The notes under the pieces: generated by a model
The model's database searches: none
What the model was told of the DNA's origin: nothing
What the model saw: only the letters and a program-made list of their open reading frames with translations
Part shown: positions 1 through 8,903 of the stretch, piece after piece
Position numbering within the stretch: position 1 is the first letter of the stretch
Layout of the letters: the number at the start of each line of letters is the position of its first letter
Made by a program: the position numbers and the translations under genes
Source: Candidatus Aminicenantes bacterium
Lineage (GTDB): Bacteria; Acidobacteriota; Aminicenantia; Aminicenantales; Aminicenantaceae
Direction of reading: 5' to 3'
DNA length: 64,000 bases
NCBI GenBank assembly: GCA_011772475.1
Contig: WVZK01000086.1
Coordinates: 4,406-68,405, forward strand

Positions 1-715
1 CCAGGAGCATATCTCCAATTTTAAACAGAACTTCACCCAGCATTACACCTCCGAGGGTATTAAGAGCAAGATCATTTGAAGAAGGATGGATCGCTTCAAA
101 AAAAACCTCCCAGGTATAGCTCCCAAAAGCAGAACAGACTGTGGATTCCAGGAAATTTAATCCATTCGCCCTTCCTATTGAATAATGAACTGCGCCATGA
201 TAGGGATGTGCTAATTTGTTCATTCTGTACATATCGATATCAAAATCAAAACCAGTTGAGAGATTTTTTAAGATGGATTTCATCGAAATTTTTGTCCACG
301 GTCGAGGATCTATATACCTGCTAAAAGCCCATAATGCTACATTGACGTACGTAATTTCTAGGGCTGCCTTTGAATAGCTCTTCTTGTTTCTTTTTATGGA
401 GAATGTTTCGGAAGGAACCTTAAAGGAAAAAGTCGCTGAGTCCATTGCTGCCAGACTAAACCGGGCTGTGTAAGCGGTTTGTTTTCGCACGTAATTCTCG
501 GATGATAGGGACTCGTTAACGTTGGGCTCTAATATATCTGCCGAATTCTCTATATCGTCGGAGATAGTAAAGGCATGAGAATTTATCTTATAATCAAAGG
601 TAAGCTTTTGGTAATTGGATGATAGAATAAGAGTGTCATTTTTTTCTGCCGCAAATAAGTTCGTAAAACTTATTAAACACACAACCAGAGCTGTAGCAGT
701 AATTGTTTTTTTCAT
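1..715 (-). CDS. DUF3943-like secreted/outer-membrane-associated protein, C-terminally truncated by the window edge
   Basis: Not in the ORF track. Reverse-strand reading from ATG at 715 is open to position 1: MKKTITATALVVCLISFTNLFAAEKNDTLILSS...; contains FDFDIDMYRMNKLAHPYHGAVHYSIGRANGLNFLESTVCSAFGSYTWEVFFEAIHPSSNDLALNTLGGVMLGEVLFKIGD, resembling the HPYHG...NG...E...WE pattern of DUF3943; signal peptide at N-terminus. Confidence 0.75.
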   Translation of the reverse strand, partial: MKKTITATALVVCLISFTNLFAAEKNDTLILSSNYQKLTFDYKINSHAFTISDDIENSADILEPNVNESLSSENYVRKQTAYTARFSLAAMDSATFSFKVPSETFSIKRNKKSYSKAALEITYVNVALWAFSRYIDPRPWTKISMKSILKNLSTGFDFDIDMYRMNKLAHPYHGAVHYSIGRANGLNFLESTVCSAFGSYTWEVFFEAIHPSSNDLALNTLGGVMLGEVLFKIGDMLL

Positions 716-962
716 TTTTTCTTAATTTACTCTGCTAGAGGGCTTATAGACTGTCTAAAATGCGCTCATCCAAAGCGCTTTTTGACAGCTTCGTATCCAA
801 TAAAAAGATAACGGTTTTATCAATATTTGTCAATAGCAAGGAAAATTAGCCAGGGTAAAGCATTTCTATTGAGAAAGGAAATTTTCCTCTCTTGACATGT
901 AATCTAAATAAATTTAATTTTATATTCGCGCCTAAAAGCCTTTAGACATCGGACTTATATCA

Positions 963-2984
963 ATGAATAACGTTAAAGAACATTTATGTGATGATGATCC
1001 TGCTAAGGGCCATCCTGATGTCAGAACGAAGCTCAAAGATGTGTCTTATTTTTTTCTCGGTAATGGACACATTCAGGCTGCTGTTCAAATCGCTCCTTCC
1101 GGGGAAGGAACACCCATAGGCCTATTGATCATGAATCCGGAGCATCTGGGGAAAAAGCGAGAAGCTTTAACCTTTGATCCAGATTCCGGACTGGAAAACA
1201 CTATGATCCGCATCATCTCTGCGCCGACCGCTAAAACCACAGGAACCAGAGCTCTTGAAGCTGGTTGGCTTGAGGGATATGAAATCCCTGTTGCCCAGAT
1301 CATATGGCGGGGTGGTAATTTCCAAGTCGCTGAGTACTTTTACTGCCCGAACTTATCTCATCCCGAGATTATGCGCGAGGTTCGCCTAAGAAACATAAGC
1401 AACCTTACAATTAAGGCTCGCCTGAAAACAGGAGTTCTTGATAAAACTATTGATGAGGAATTCTATTTACAACCTGAAGGAATAAAAATAGTATTACTCC
1501 GTTATACTTTGAATAGTTCAGGGAAACATATTACTCTTGATTTGGTGCCGAAAGGGGGAATAGGCCGTAAAGCCCTTCAGTATTGGAAAGAGAAAGCTTG
1601 TGCCTCGTTTGGTTCGCCTATCTTGGATCATTTTTTTACCGCATCACAGTTTCAATTGCCTGCAGTTGTCTCGAAGTTTGGAAAAGTAGATGGTAATATC
1701 TGGCAGCATAACCGTGAACGGGCTAGGGATCAGGCGATGGTGGCTGTGGGTTTGACAATAACAGGCCACTATGAGATTGCTTACAGGATACTCGACCGCA
1801 TGATTGAAGAATTTGTGACCAAGAAAGGGGATATCACAGATTCCGAAAAGGCGCGAGGTTCAGACGAGATAGATTTAGATCAGAATGGATCGCTTCTCTT
1901 TGCCTTGAAAAACTATGTTCTCTGGACTGACTCCTATGAAATAGTTACAAAACACTGGAACAAAATTGTAGCTGCTGCCGAGTTTCCTCTAGCTGGTGCT
2001 TTTGTTCATAGCCGCTCTGGCTTATTAGCCAACAGAAAGGAGTACTGGGGGCGACACCAGACTCATGGGATTGTAAAAGGGATGGAGTTAGCCCATCAAT
2101 TGTTTGCTGTCCTAGGGCTTTCTGCGGCTTCCACCATTGCCTCACTTATCTCCCGAAAATCTGAAGCGTCACACTGGAAACATAAAGCAGAACGGATAAT
2201 GAACGCCACCTTAGACGAAGCTCAATACGGCCTGGTTGATGCTCGTGGGTTCATCAAAAGGCGCGGTATCGATGGGGTAATTCAGGAAATTGTCAAGCCT
2301 CTGCCTAAAGCTCAATTTCCAGAAGGATCCCCATTATCTTTGAAGGGTGAGCATCGCCTCAACCCTGATGCTACATCTGTTCTACCCATCGCTATGGGCA
2401 TTATATCTCCAGATTCTCCTCTGGCATCATTGACATTGGATAGTGTCGAGAAACTTTGGAATCAAGCTTGGAAGGATGGAGGCTACGGGCGATATGATAT
2501 AAGTTCAGAACCTGATTCTCCTGGCTCCTGGCCTATCGCCTCCTTATTTGTTGCCCGTTCTTATGCTGAAACTGGAAATTTTGATAAAATGTGGAGAACG
2601 TTAGAGTGGCTTAATTCAGCACCTGGCGCTTTGTCTGGTTCATGGTTTGAATTTTACGGACAGCGTTTAGATCCGCGATTTTCTCAGGAAGGTATTGCAC
2701 CCTGGATTTGGGCAGAAATGCTAATCCTGCTGATTCACCATATCATAGGGATTCAGCCCGACGTAGACCATCTCCGGATAAGGCCAAAATTGGTCCCTGG
2801 AATAGAAAAAATCACCGCATCTTTCCCGCTGAGAGATAGAAAGATAAATATCGAAATTAAGAGTGGTCGCAAAAAGAAATCTTATGGCTTTAGTTCGGAC
2901 GGGAAAATCATACAATCATCAGAAAAGGAAGCCTATATTTCCTATCCCGAAAAAGACATTTGGGTTGAAGCTTCTCTGCCTTAG
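963..2984 (+). CDS. Glycoside hydrolase/phosphorylase-like protein with (alpha/alpha)6 toroid (GH94/GH15-like)
   Basis: 673-aa ORF; PEHLGKKREALTFDPDSG, ARDQAMVAVGLTITGHYEIAYRILDRM, WKDGGYGRYDISSEPDSPGSWPIASLFVARSYAETG, PQGFSQEG-type C-terminus (DPRFSQEGIAPWIWAEM). Confidence 0.6.
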   Translation: MNNVKEHLCDDDPAKGHPDVRTKLKDVSYFFLGNGHIQAAVQIAPSGEGTPIGLLIMNPEHLGKKREALTFDPDSGLENTMIRIISAPTAKTTGTRALEAGWLEGYEIPVAQIIWRGGNFQVAEYFYCPNLSHPEIMREVRLRNISNLTIKARLKTGVLDKTIDEEFYLQPEGIKIVLLRYTLNSSGKHITLDLVPKGGIGRKALQYWKEKACASFGSPILDHFFTASQFQLPAVVSKFGKVDGNIWQHNRERARDQAMVAVGLTITGHYEIAYRILDRMIEEFVTKKGDITDSEKARGSDEIDLDQNGSLLFALKNYVLWTDSYEIVTKHWNKIVAAAEFPLAGAFVHSRSGLLANRKEYWGRHQTHGIVKGMELAHQLFAVLGLSAASTIASLISRKSEASHWKHKAERIMNATLDEAQYGLVDARGFIKRRGIDGVIQEIVKPLPKAQFPEGSPLSLKGEHRLNPDATSVLPIAMGIISPDSPLASLTLDSVEKLWNQAWKDGGYGRYDISSEPDSPGSWPIASLFVARSYAETGNFDKMWRTLEWLNSAPGALSGSWFEFYGQRLDPRFSQEGIAPWIWAEMLILLIHHIIGIQPDVDHLRIRPKLVPGIEKITASFPLRDRKINIEIKSGRKKKSYGFSSDGKIIQSSEKEAYISYPEKDIWVEASLP

Positions 2985-3141
2985 CGTTTTAATAATAGCT
3001 AACCGGGGTTAGGCCTTGCCAGAAGGAAAAGATATTGGCGTGTTTTTTGTCAATGGGGTCATTCCTTTCCCTAAGGAGAAGATTTTAGCATGCTTTTTGT
3101 CCTTACGCTATTCCGATGGATAAGGCCTAACGCCGATATTT

Positions 3142-3170
3142 TTGACATCAAATTTTTCCTGTGCTATAGG
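3142..3170 (+). promoter_or_regulatory. Sigma70-type promoter with extended -10
   Basis: TTGACA (3142-3147), 17-nt spacer, TG-C-TATAGG (-10 at 3165-3170), about 40 nt upstream of the preferred aphA start at 3213. Confidence 0.55.
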
Positions 3171-3212
3171 ACTATTTTAAATTTATTCATGGCTAATAAG
3201 AGAGAGGGTGGA

Positions 3213-3866
3213 ATGCTAAGAAAAATAGTTTTGGTCATCGTTATCATTAGTGTTTTATGGGTGAATTACGGCTGCGTTGCACAAGAACAAAATATTCGTT
3301 GGGTTACTTTAAAAGATATTGCTAAGAGTCTGGAGAATCAACAGCCGATGAATGTTGGATTTGATATTGATGATACTGTGTTGTTTTCAAGCCCAGGCTA
3401 TTACTATGGACGACAGAAGTATTCCCCAGGAAACAAAGGTTTTGCAATTATGGAAGAATTTTGGAATGAAATGAACAACGGGCTTGATCAATTCAGCATT
3501 CCCAAAGAATGTGCCCGAAGATTGATTGAATTGCATAAAAAAAGAGGCGACTCAATTTATTTCATAACGGCGAGAACAAAAACTAAAACAGAATCAGTTA
3601 CTGAGCTTCTTGCAAAGACTTTCGATTTAGAGAATCCACATAAAGTAATTTTTGCTGGCATCAAGCTTGGGGAAAATTTAAAAATCAAACCGATAAAGGA
3701 AAATAAAATTCAAATATTTTATGGAGACGCAGACTCTGATATTGAAGCTGCTTTAGAAGCGGGAATCCGAGCGATAAGAATTATGCGGGCTGTAAATTCC
3801 ACAAATAAGCCACTGCCCTGCAACGGAAGCTTCGGGGAGGAAGTTCTTGTTAATTCAGAGTATTGA
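3213..3866 (+). CDS. aphA: Class B acid phosphatase (HAD superfamily), secreted
   Basis: ORF track 3090..3866; internal start MLRKIVLVIVIISVLWVNYGCVA gives a lipoprotein/signal peptide; WVTLKDIAKSLENQQPMNVGFDIDDTVLFSSPGYY and YGDADSDIEAALEAGIRAIRIMRA motifs match class B acid phosphatases. Confidence 0.88.
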   Translation: MLRKIVLVIVIISVLWVNYGCVAQEQNIRWVTLKDIAKSLENQQPMNVGFDIDDTVLFSSPGYYYGRQKYSPGNKGFAIMEEFWNEMNNGLDQFSIPKECARRLIELHKKRGDSIYFITARTKTKTESVTELLAKTFDLENPHKVIFAGIKLGENLKIKPIKENKIQIFYGDADSDIEAALEAGIRAIRIMRAVNSTNKPLPCNGSFGEEVLVNSEY

Positions 3867-3872
3867 GAGGCC

Positions 3873-4709
3873 CTATTTTAGTCCTAAAATAGCGGCAGCG
3901 TTTTCATAGAGGATTTTTCTTATAGATTCTTCAGCCAGGGGAAGTTCTTTTATAGCTTCAATATTGCTGTTGATTGTCTTTATTCCTGGCCAATCTGATC
4001 CGTAGACAAATTTCTCGATGTCTTTCTCCATCTCAGGAAAATAATTCAGCAGATTTTTAGGGGGCAGTCCTGAAATTTCCAGATAAATATTAGGATGAAG
4101 TCGAGATAGAAAAAATGCTTTTTCATACCAGAGACCTCTTCCGCTGTGAGCCATGAGGAGGAGAAGGTCAGGAAAATCGGAAGCCACGTCATCCAGATAG
4201 ATGGGATCAGCATACTTTACTTTTGAACCTTTAAACACAGAGGAGCCTGTATGGATGAGAACCGGTAGTCTATGCTCTTGGGCTATTTCATAAAGAGGAT
4301 AGAGAGAGCTATCATTTGGGTAGAAGTGATTGTAAGAAGGATAAAGTTTTATTCCTTTTACACCCATCTTGATGTATTTTCTAAGTTCCTGGGTTGGCTG
4401 ACTGACCAGTAAGGGATTAACAGTACAAAAGGGAAGGAAAGTGTCATTGCCCAGGCAAAAATCGATGACATATTCGTTAGAAACAACGCCAGTGGTAATA
4501 GGACTTATTTCAGGTAGGATCACGGCCTTTTCTATTTGATGGCTCTTGAGGTAGGCAGCAAACCTCTTCGGATCAATCATTTCCTCATAGCGTTCATAAT
4601 ACTCTGAATGTGCTTTTTTTTGGTAGGCGTGGATCCATTCATACCAGTGTTCTTTGAGACCGATGTGGACATGGAAATCGATGATTTTTATTTCATCTAG
4701 TTTTTTCAT
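3873..4709 (-). CDS. Amidohydrolase family protein (amidohydrolase_2-like, TIM barrel)
   Basis: IDFHVHIG start, GVKGIKLYPSYNHFYPND, PVLIHTGSS, LLMAHSGRG, YGSDWPG motifs. Confidence 0.85.
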   Translation of the reverse strand: MKKLDEIKIIDFHVHIGLKEHWYEWIHAYQKKAHSEYYERYEEMIDPKRFAAYLKSHQIEKAVILPEISPITTGVVSNEYVIDFCLGNDTFLPFCTVNPLLVSQPTQELRKYIKMGVKGIKLYPSYNHFYPNDSSLYPLYEIAQEHRLPVLIHTGSSVFKGSKVKYADPIYLDDVASDFPDLLLLMAHSGRGLWYEKAFFLSRLHPNIYLEISGLPPKNLLNYFPEMEKDIEKFVYGSDWPGIKTINSNIEAIKELPLAEESIRKILYENAAAILGLK

Positions 4710-4865
4710 TCTCGTTAGAAGATAAAAAACATAAACTCATCTATTTCCAGAATCTCCCGTGACGTTCACTGTTTTGAGAAAAGACGAGGGGGATTATCAT
4801 TCTTTACGGGATAAGAAAAGATATAAGGCCAGGTGATGTTAGTAGATTTTGGTTTTTGATTTCCG

Positions 4866-5141
4866 TTATGTTTGCTCTTCTATTTTACTGGTGTTTTCTT
4901 CTTTTTTAGCTTTTAATTTTTCTTCGAGTTCTTTGATCTTGAGGATGAGTGTTTCTTTTTCTTTTTTCTTCATCCTTTTTAGAATTCTAACAACCACTCC
5001 CACAATACAAGCTATAATTAGTGTGTTGATAATAGCAGAAACTGAGTATGGCGACTTCATTTGCATTGTGAAAAGGATATCCAACTGCGCTAAGAAGGAT
5101 AGAATTACCAAAACAAGCAGTATCAAAACCCACCAGAGCAT
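4866..5141 (-). CDS. Small membrane protein with C-terminal coiled coil
   Basis: 91 aa, two hydrophobic segments then KRMKKKEKETLILKIKELEEKLKAKKEENTSKIEE; terminates before the propeller gene orientation-consistent cluster. Confidence 0.55.
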   Translation of the reverse strand: MLWWVLILLVLVILSFLAQLDILFTMQMKSPYSVSAIINTLIIACIVGVVVRILKRMKKKEKETLILKIKELEEKLKAKKEENTSKIEEQT

Positions 5142-5245
5142 TTGGCACTCTCCTTCAGGGTAATGAAAATTCCCTTCTCGAGTTTAAATGCAAAAATTTC
5201 TCGTATAGCTTATAGCAAAGGAAAACCTGAAGTCAAGAGAGCATT

Positions 5246-6205
5246 TTATTCAGGAACATACTTGATTTTAAATTTATTAAGTGTCACTCCCTCATCTGCC
5301 CTTGAATAGAGGAAATCGTTACTGTCAATATAAATACAGTGGCTTGAATCAGGCAACGTAAAAGTAGTCAAGTGCTTGCCGCCCGGGCTGAGGACATAGA
5401 CGTCACAGCTTGGATTTTTAGAAAAACTGCCGCCCAAAATGAATAAATTTCCTGAACTATCCAGAGCTATATCTTTGTAGACAAATTTGGTGGGAAGCAC
5501 GAATTGTCCAATTTTTTCTTTTTTGATATCTTTGATGCCCAGCAATTTTTGAGACCATATTTTTATTCCTTCAGGATCAAATTTTTCAATTTTATCTTGG
5601 TAGTTGTAAACAAGATAAAGGTTCCCCTGAGAATCAAGATCAAAGTTCACCACATCAGTCAGAAGACGTGATTTTTTGTCAGAGTACTGGAGCTCGCGTT
5701 TGATCTTTCCTTTTGAGTTAAGGATGAAAATCATCCCTGCTTTAGCCGTGGAGACGGTGGTAACTGCAATCTCGTCGTCTTCGAGAACTTTCAAATCGTA
5801 AACAGGTACTGAAACTGAAATGCCGTGGCTATAATTTAAATCTTTATCAAAAACCTGAATGCCGGATTTGAACTGATCAGTGACATAAAGAAGCTCGCTG
5901 GAGATTCCTAAATACCTTGGAGCTAAGAATTCTCCCGGGCCTTGTCCTTTTCGCCCAGTTTTCTTTATGAGATTTCCCTTGTCATCGAATTTTTTCAGTG
6001 AATAATCCATGTTATCAGTAACATAAATATGACCAGTGGAATCAGAGATAACTCCTACCCATTGAAATAAAACATCGTCCTCCAAGCTTCCTATAGATAG
6101 AACCTCTTCAAGTAATATTTTTTGGATATCATTTCCGCCTAAGCCAGGGAGATTCATCTGAAAAGCGATTGATAAAAGATAGACAAGAAATAATGGTTTT
6201 TTCAA
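5246..6205 (-). CDS. 6-bladed beta-propeller (NHL-like) secreted protein
   Basis: 319 aa, signal peptide; repeated GxIYVTD..xxIxKFDxxGNLIKKTGRKGQGPGEF, LDSQGNLYLVYNYQDKIEKFDPEG, DSSGNLFILGG units. Confidence 0.8.
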   Translation of the reverse strand: MKKPLFLVYLLSIAFQMNLPGLGGNDIQKILLEEVLSIGSLEDDVLFQWVGVISDSTGHIYVTDNMDYSLKKFDDKGNLIKKTGRKGQGPGEFLAPRYLGISSELLYVTDQFKSGIQVFDKDLNYSHGISVSVPVYDLKVLEDDEIAVTTVSTAKAGMIFILNSKGKIKRELQYSDKKSRLLTDVVNFDLDSQGNLYLVYNYQDKIEKFDPEGIKIWSQKLLGIKDIKKEKIGQFVLPTKFVYKDIALDSSGNLFILGGSFSKNPSCDVYVLSPGGKHLTTFTLPDSSHCIYIDSNDFLYSRADEGVTLNKFKIKYVPE

Positions 6206-6262
6206 CTTTTTTGTTTCCTCCTTGGGAATTCGTGATTACCTATGCTTTCATACTGCGAGAGA

Positions 6263-6493
6263 TTAATTTTCAAGGTATTTTCTGCAAAAAATCCAGCCAT
6301 TAACGCAGTAGGCAACATCTGTGTATACCCTAGCGAAAAAGGGGATGTTCAATATCGCGTCGAGCAAACAATTCGAAAGAGCTTTTTCACACCTCCCAGC
6401 CTCCATCGGAGATACATTTACGCTAAAGAATATCGTAATAATGATCAAGATTAGAAATGCTTTTTTTATGTGTTTTTGGATTTGTGAAATCAT
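6263..6493 (-). CDS. Small secreted four-cysteine peptide (twin C-X6-C)
   Basis: 76 aa; signal peptide then EAGRCEKALSNCLLDA...YCVNGWIFCRKYLEN; paralogous to the neighbouring 6570..6857 ORF. Confidence 0.6.
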   Translation of the reverse strand: MISQIQKHIKKAFLILIIITIFFSVNVSPMEAGRCEKALSNCLLDAILNIPFFARVYTDVAYCVNGWIFCRKYLEN

Positions 6494-6569
6494 GTTTTCC
6501 CTCCTTTAGTCTTTAATTTCCTGTAAAGTTTCTTCTTATAATAGCCCGTGTGCGATGTATGTGAGCTTA

Positions 6570-6857
6570 TCAATATTCATAATAGCGCTTGCAGAAGTGG
6601 TAGCCACCAAGGCACATGGTTGAGTAGGAACCGCCTGCTGCGACCGCGCCGAGCATAGAGCCAAACATGTTGCCTGAAAAAAAGCCAGCGATAGCTCCCA
6701 GCACAGTGGCAATTCCGGCATCGATCATGCAGTTCAATAAAGCTCTTGAGCATTGTCCTGCATTGAGTTGGTCGGGAGCTACAAACATCGTGAAAAGAGA
6801 CATGAATAGAAATCCAGCAATTAATTTTTTGGCATTTTTTCCTCTTAAATTGTTCAT
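6570..6857 (-). CDS. Small secreted four-cysteine peptide with glycine-rich core (twin C-X6-C)
   Basis: 95 aa; signal peptide then NAGQCSRALLNCMIDAGIATVLGAIAGFFSGNMFGSMLGAVAAGGSYSTMCLGGYHFCKRYYEY; AGGAGG-like SD upstream (reverse complement of cctcct at 6862-6870). Confidence 0.65.
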   Translation of the reverse strand: MNNLRGKNAKKLIAGFLFMSLFTMFVAPDQLNAGQCSRALLNCMIDAGIATVLGAIAGFFSGNMFGSMLGAVAAGGSYSTMCLGGYHFCKRYYEY

Positions 6858-7063
6858 CCTAATACCTCCTTTAGATTGTTATTATGGCTGACTAAGATTA
6901 TTTAAAAATAATGATATTTAAAGAAGATTTCGTTCGTATTTATTATCGATTGTCTTCTCTTTTCTTTGACGGATATTTGACGAGAAAATCTCACTTTCAA
7001 ACCTTTCCAACTTTTATAGTTTGCGTGACATTGAGGTCAGATCTGTAAAACTTGAATTATAAG

Positions 7064-7102
7064 AAAATTGGGCCAACAAAATGGGGCCAGGCCCCATTTT
7101 CT
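7064..7102. repeat. GGGGCC palindromic intergenic element, copy 1
   Basis: aaattgggccaacaaaatggggccaggccccatttt: ATGGGGCC-a-GGCCCCAT perfect inverted repeat preceded by a half copy. Confidence 0.75.
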
Positions 7103-7228
7103 CCTGATGTTAAGATAGAGGATTAGGTCCTTAAATAAGAATTGGATTGAAACGGAGTCAGACTTTCCAGACTTTTATAACATGGATATTAAGCTACAGT
7201 TAAATAGGAACGGGGGATGGGAGAGAGG

Positions 7229-8452
7229 TCAGCATTTCTGTTGTTTTGTTGCCTTTTTTTTGGCCTCGTTCACATGCAAACCTAGATAATAGGGCTTTTG
7301 AGCTGCAAAGGCTTTTGCTTGTTCGAGTATTGCCTCCTCGACATACTTGGGGGTATAACGCCATGTTTCGTAATCAAAAGTCATTGAGCGTGTGAAATAC
7401 AGAGGCTTGAGGGCTTCTACAATATCTTTTCTGGCTTTTGGAGAACCATTCCTGTAAGAAAACAGGAGCTGATAAACCAGCTGGGTCCACATCAGAATAT
7501 CAATGCTGTACATATCATGATCAAACATTTTTGCCAGGCTCGAACTGGCATAATCACTTAGAATTCTTTTTAGAAGCTTTTCTCGTGGATAATACTCTTG
7601 CCTCAATTTATTTTTTAGCTCTCTCATATCGATCTTCAGTTCCTGCGGTAGACCAAGCTCTTTAAGGCCAAATCTTTTTTTAGGCGTGGGCTTCGACACT
7701 GGAATGCTTATCCAGGATGACTCTCGGGAGAGGAGCAGATCGAATAAAGTTGTAATCACCTGCGTAAACATGGGTCCGAGCTTAGGTGCACTTGCTTTGT
7801 GTATTTTTGCCCCAAGGCCTGTTTCGCAAATCTTGAAGTTGCCGAAAATGGCATGGAGCGTCATAAAAACATCAACGCCATACTGTTTTGCCTGAGTATC
7901 CCATTTTTGCTTTAACCAGTAATTCATAAGAGCCGGGGAAAAGCCAAGTTCACCACCAATAGGTTGCCGCAAATCCCTCCCTAATAATCCATAAAACAGC
8001 GGATAACAGATATGGTTGGTTATGGTTCCGTCGAATTGATGCCGAGAATACAGGGGCAAAGAATAATCATAGCCTTTAAGAATTGGCTCACCTAAGTACT
8101 TTATCCACTCAGGAGTAATCGAACGCAGGTCAGCATCAACAGTTAAAGCCGCCTTTAGGGTAGTGGCGTGGCCTTTCGCAAACCTTAGAAAATTAAAGAG
8201 GTTATTTCCTTTGCCTTTCACTCCTTCAGGGGTTGTAATATAGTGCTTTGGATTTTTTGTATCAGTGGCTAGAAATGACCCTTTTGTATCATCTTCGCTA
8301 TTGTTATCAACGTTTAGAATAATTGACTTGAGATTGCCGAAGTATCTTGAGAGACCAATATCAACCTGTTTTGTAACATAAGGTATTGTGTCTGCTTCCA
8401 TGTAGGAAGGAATTGCCACTATAAACTCAATGCCAGACCTCATGCTTCTCAT
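7229..8452 (-). CDS. Family 2-fold glycosyltransferase resembling glucosyl/mannosyl-glycerate synthases
   Basis: 407 aa; FIVAIPSYMEADTIPYVTKQVDIGLSRYF, NVDNNSEDDTKGSFL, GKGNNLFNF, LTVDADLRSITPEWIKYLG, YPLFYGLLGRDLRQPIGGELGFS. Confidence 0.75.
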   Translation of the reverse strand: MRSMRSGIEFIVAIPSYMEADTIPYVTKQVDIGLSRYFGNLKSIILNVDNNSEDDTKGSFLATDTKNPKHYITTPEGVKGKGNNLFNFLRFAKGHATTLKAALTVDADLRSITPEWIKYLGEPILKGYDYSLPLYSRHQFDGTITNHICYPLFYGLLGRDLRQPIGGELGFSPALMNYWLKQKWDTQAKQYGVDVFMTLHAIFGNFKICETGLGAKIHKASAPKLGPMFTQVITTLFDLLLSRESSWISIPVSKPTPKKRFGLKELGLPQELKIDMRELKNKLRQEYYPREKLLKRILSDYASSSLAKMFDHDMYSIDILMWTQLVYQLLFSYRNGSPKARKDIVEALKPLYFTRSMTFDYETWRYTPKYVEEAILEQAKAFAAQKPYYLGLHVNEAKKKATKQQKC

Positions 8453-8903
8453 CCTAAAAATTCCTCCTCTTCCTTTTTTTTGTTTATAAATAATCTAAGA
8501 AATTTTCAAGCAACAGGATTTCCTCGATAATTTCGATATCTAGAATGGTATCTCTCCTGCGGCAAGGTGCACATTATAGGCAGATTTTATATATTTGTCT
8601 ATTATTAAAAGCATTCTACCGCGTATCTCCTCTTCCATATGGCTTAAATTAGCTACAAGTATATTTAATTAGTAATTTTTGTCAAAAAGTATATGAAGAA
8701 ACGTCATAGAGCTGTTAAAGAAGATCCCTGGATTTTTTGGGGCAAGCGTACTTTTCTTCTACTTCATTCATGCTAAAAACAGTAGAAAATAGACGAAACC
8801 TACATTTAAAAGCAGTAATAAAAAGTCATTTTTTCCTTGAATAAATTTTTATTTTAATTTATAAGTTATATTTCGACATAAGAAATGGCCCTGCTTTATC
8901 GGG

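Noticed and set aside
76-324. ORF track entry 76..324 (+)
   Set aside because: Antisense to a well-supported open frame for a DUF3943-like protein.
4849-5163. Plus-strand 104-aa ORF opposite the small membrane protein
   Set aside because: Antisense shadow; the minus-strand frame has a membrane-plus-coiled-coil composition and fits the local gene direction.
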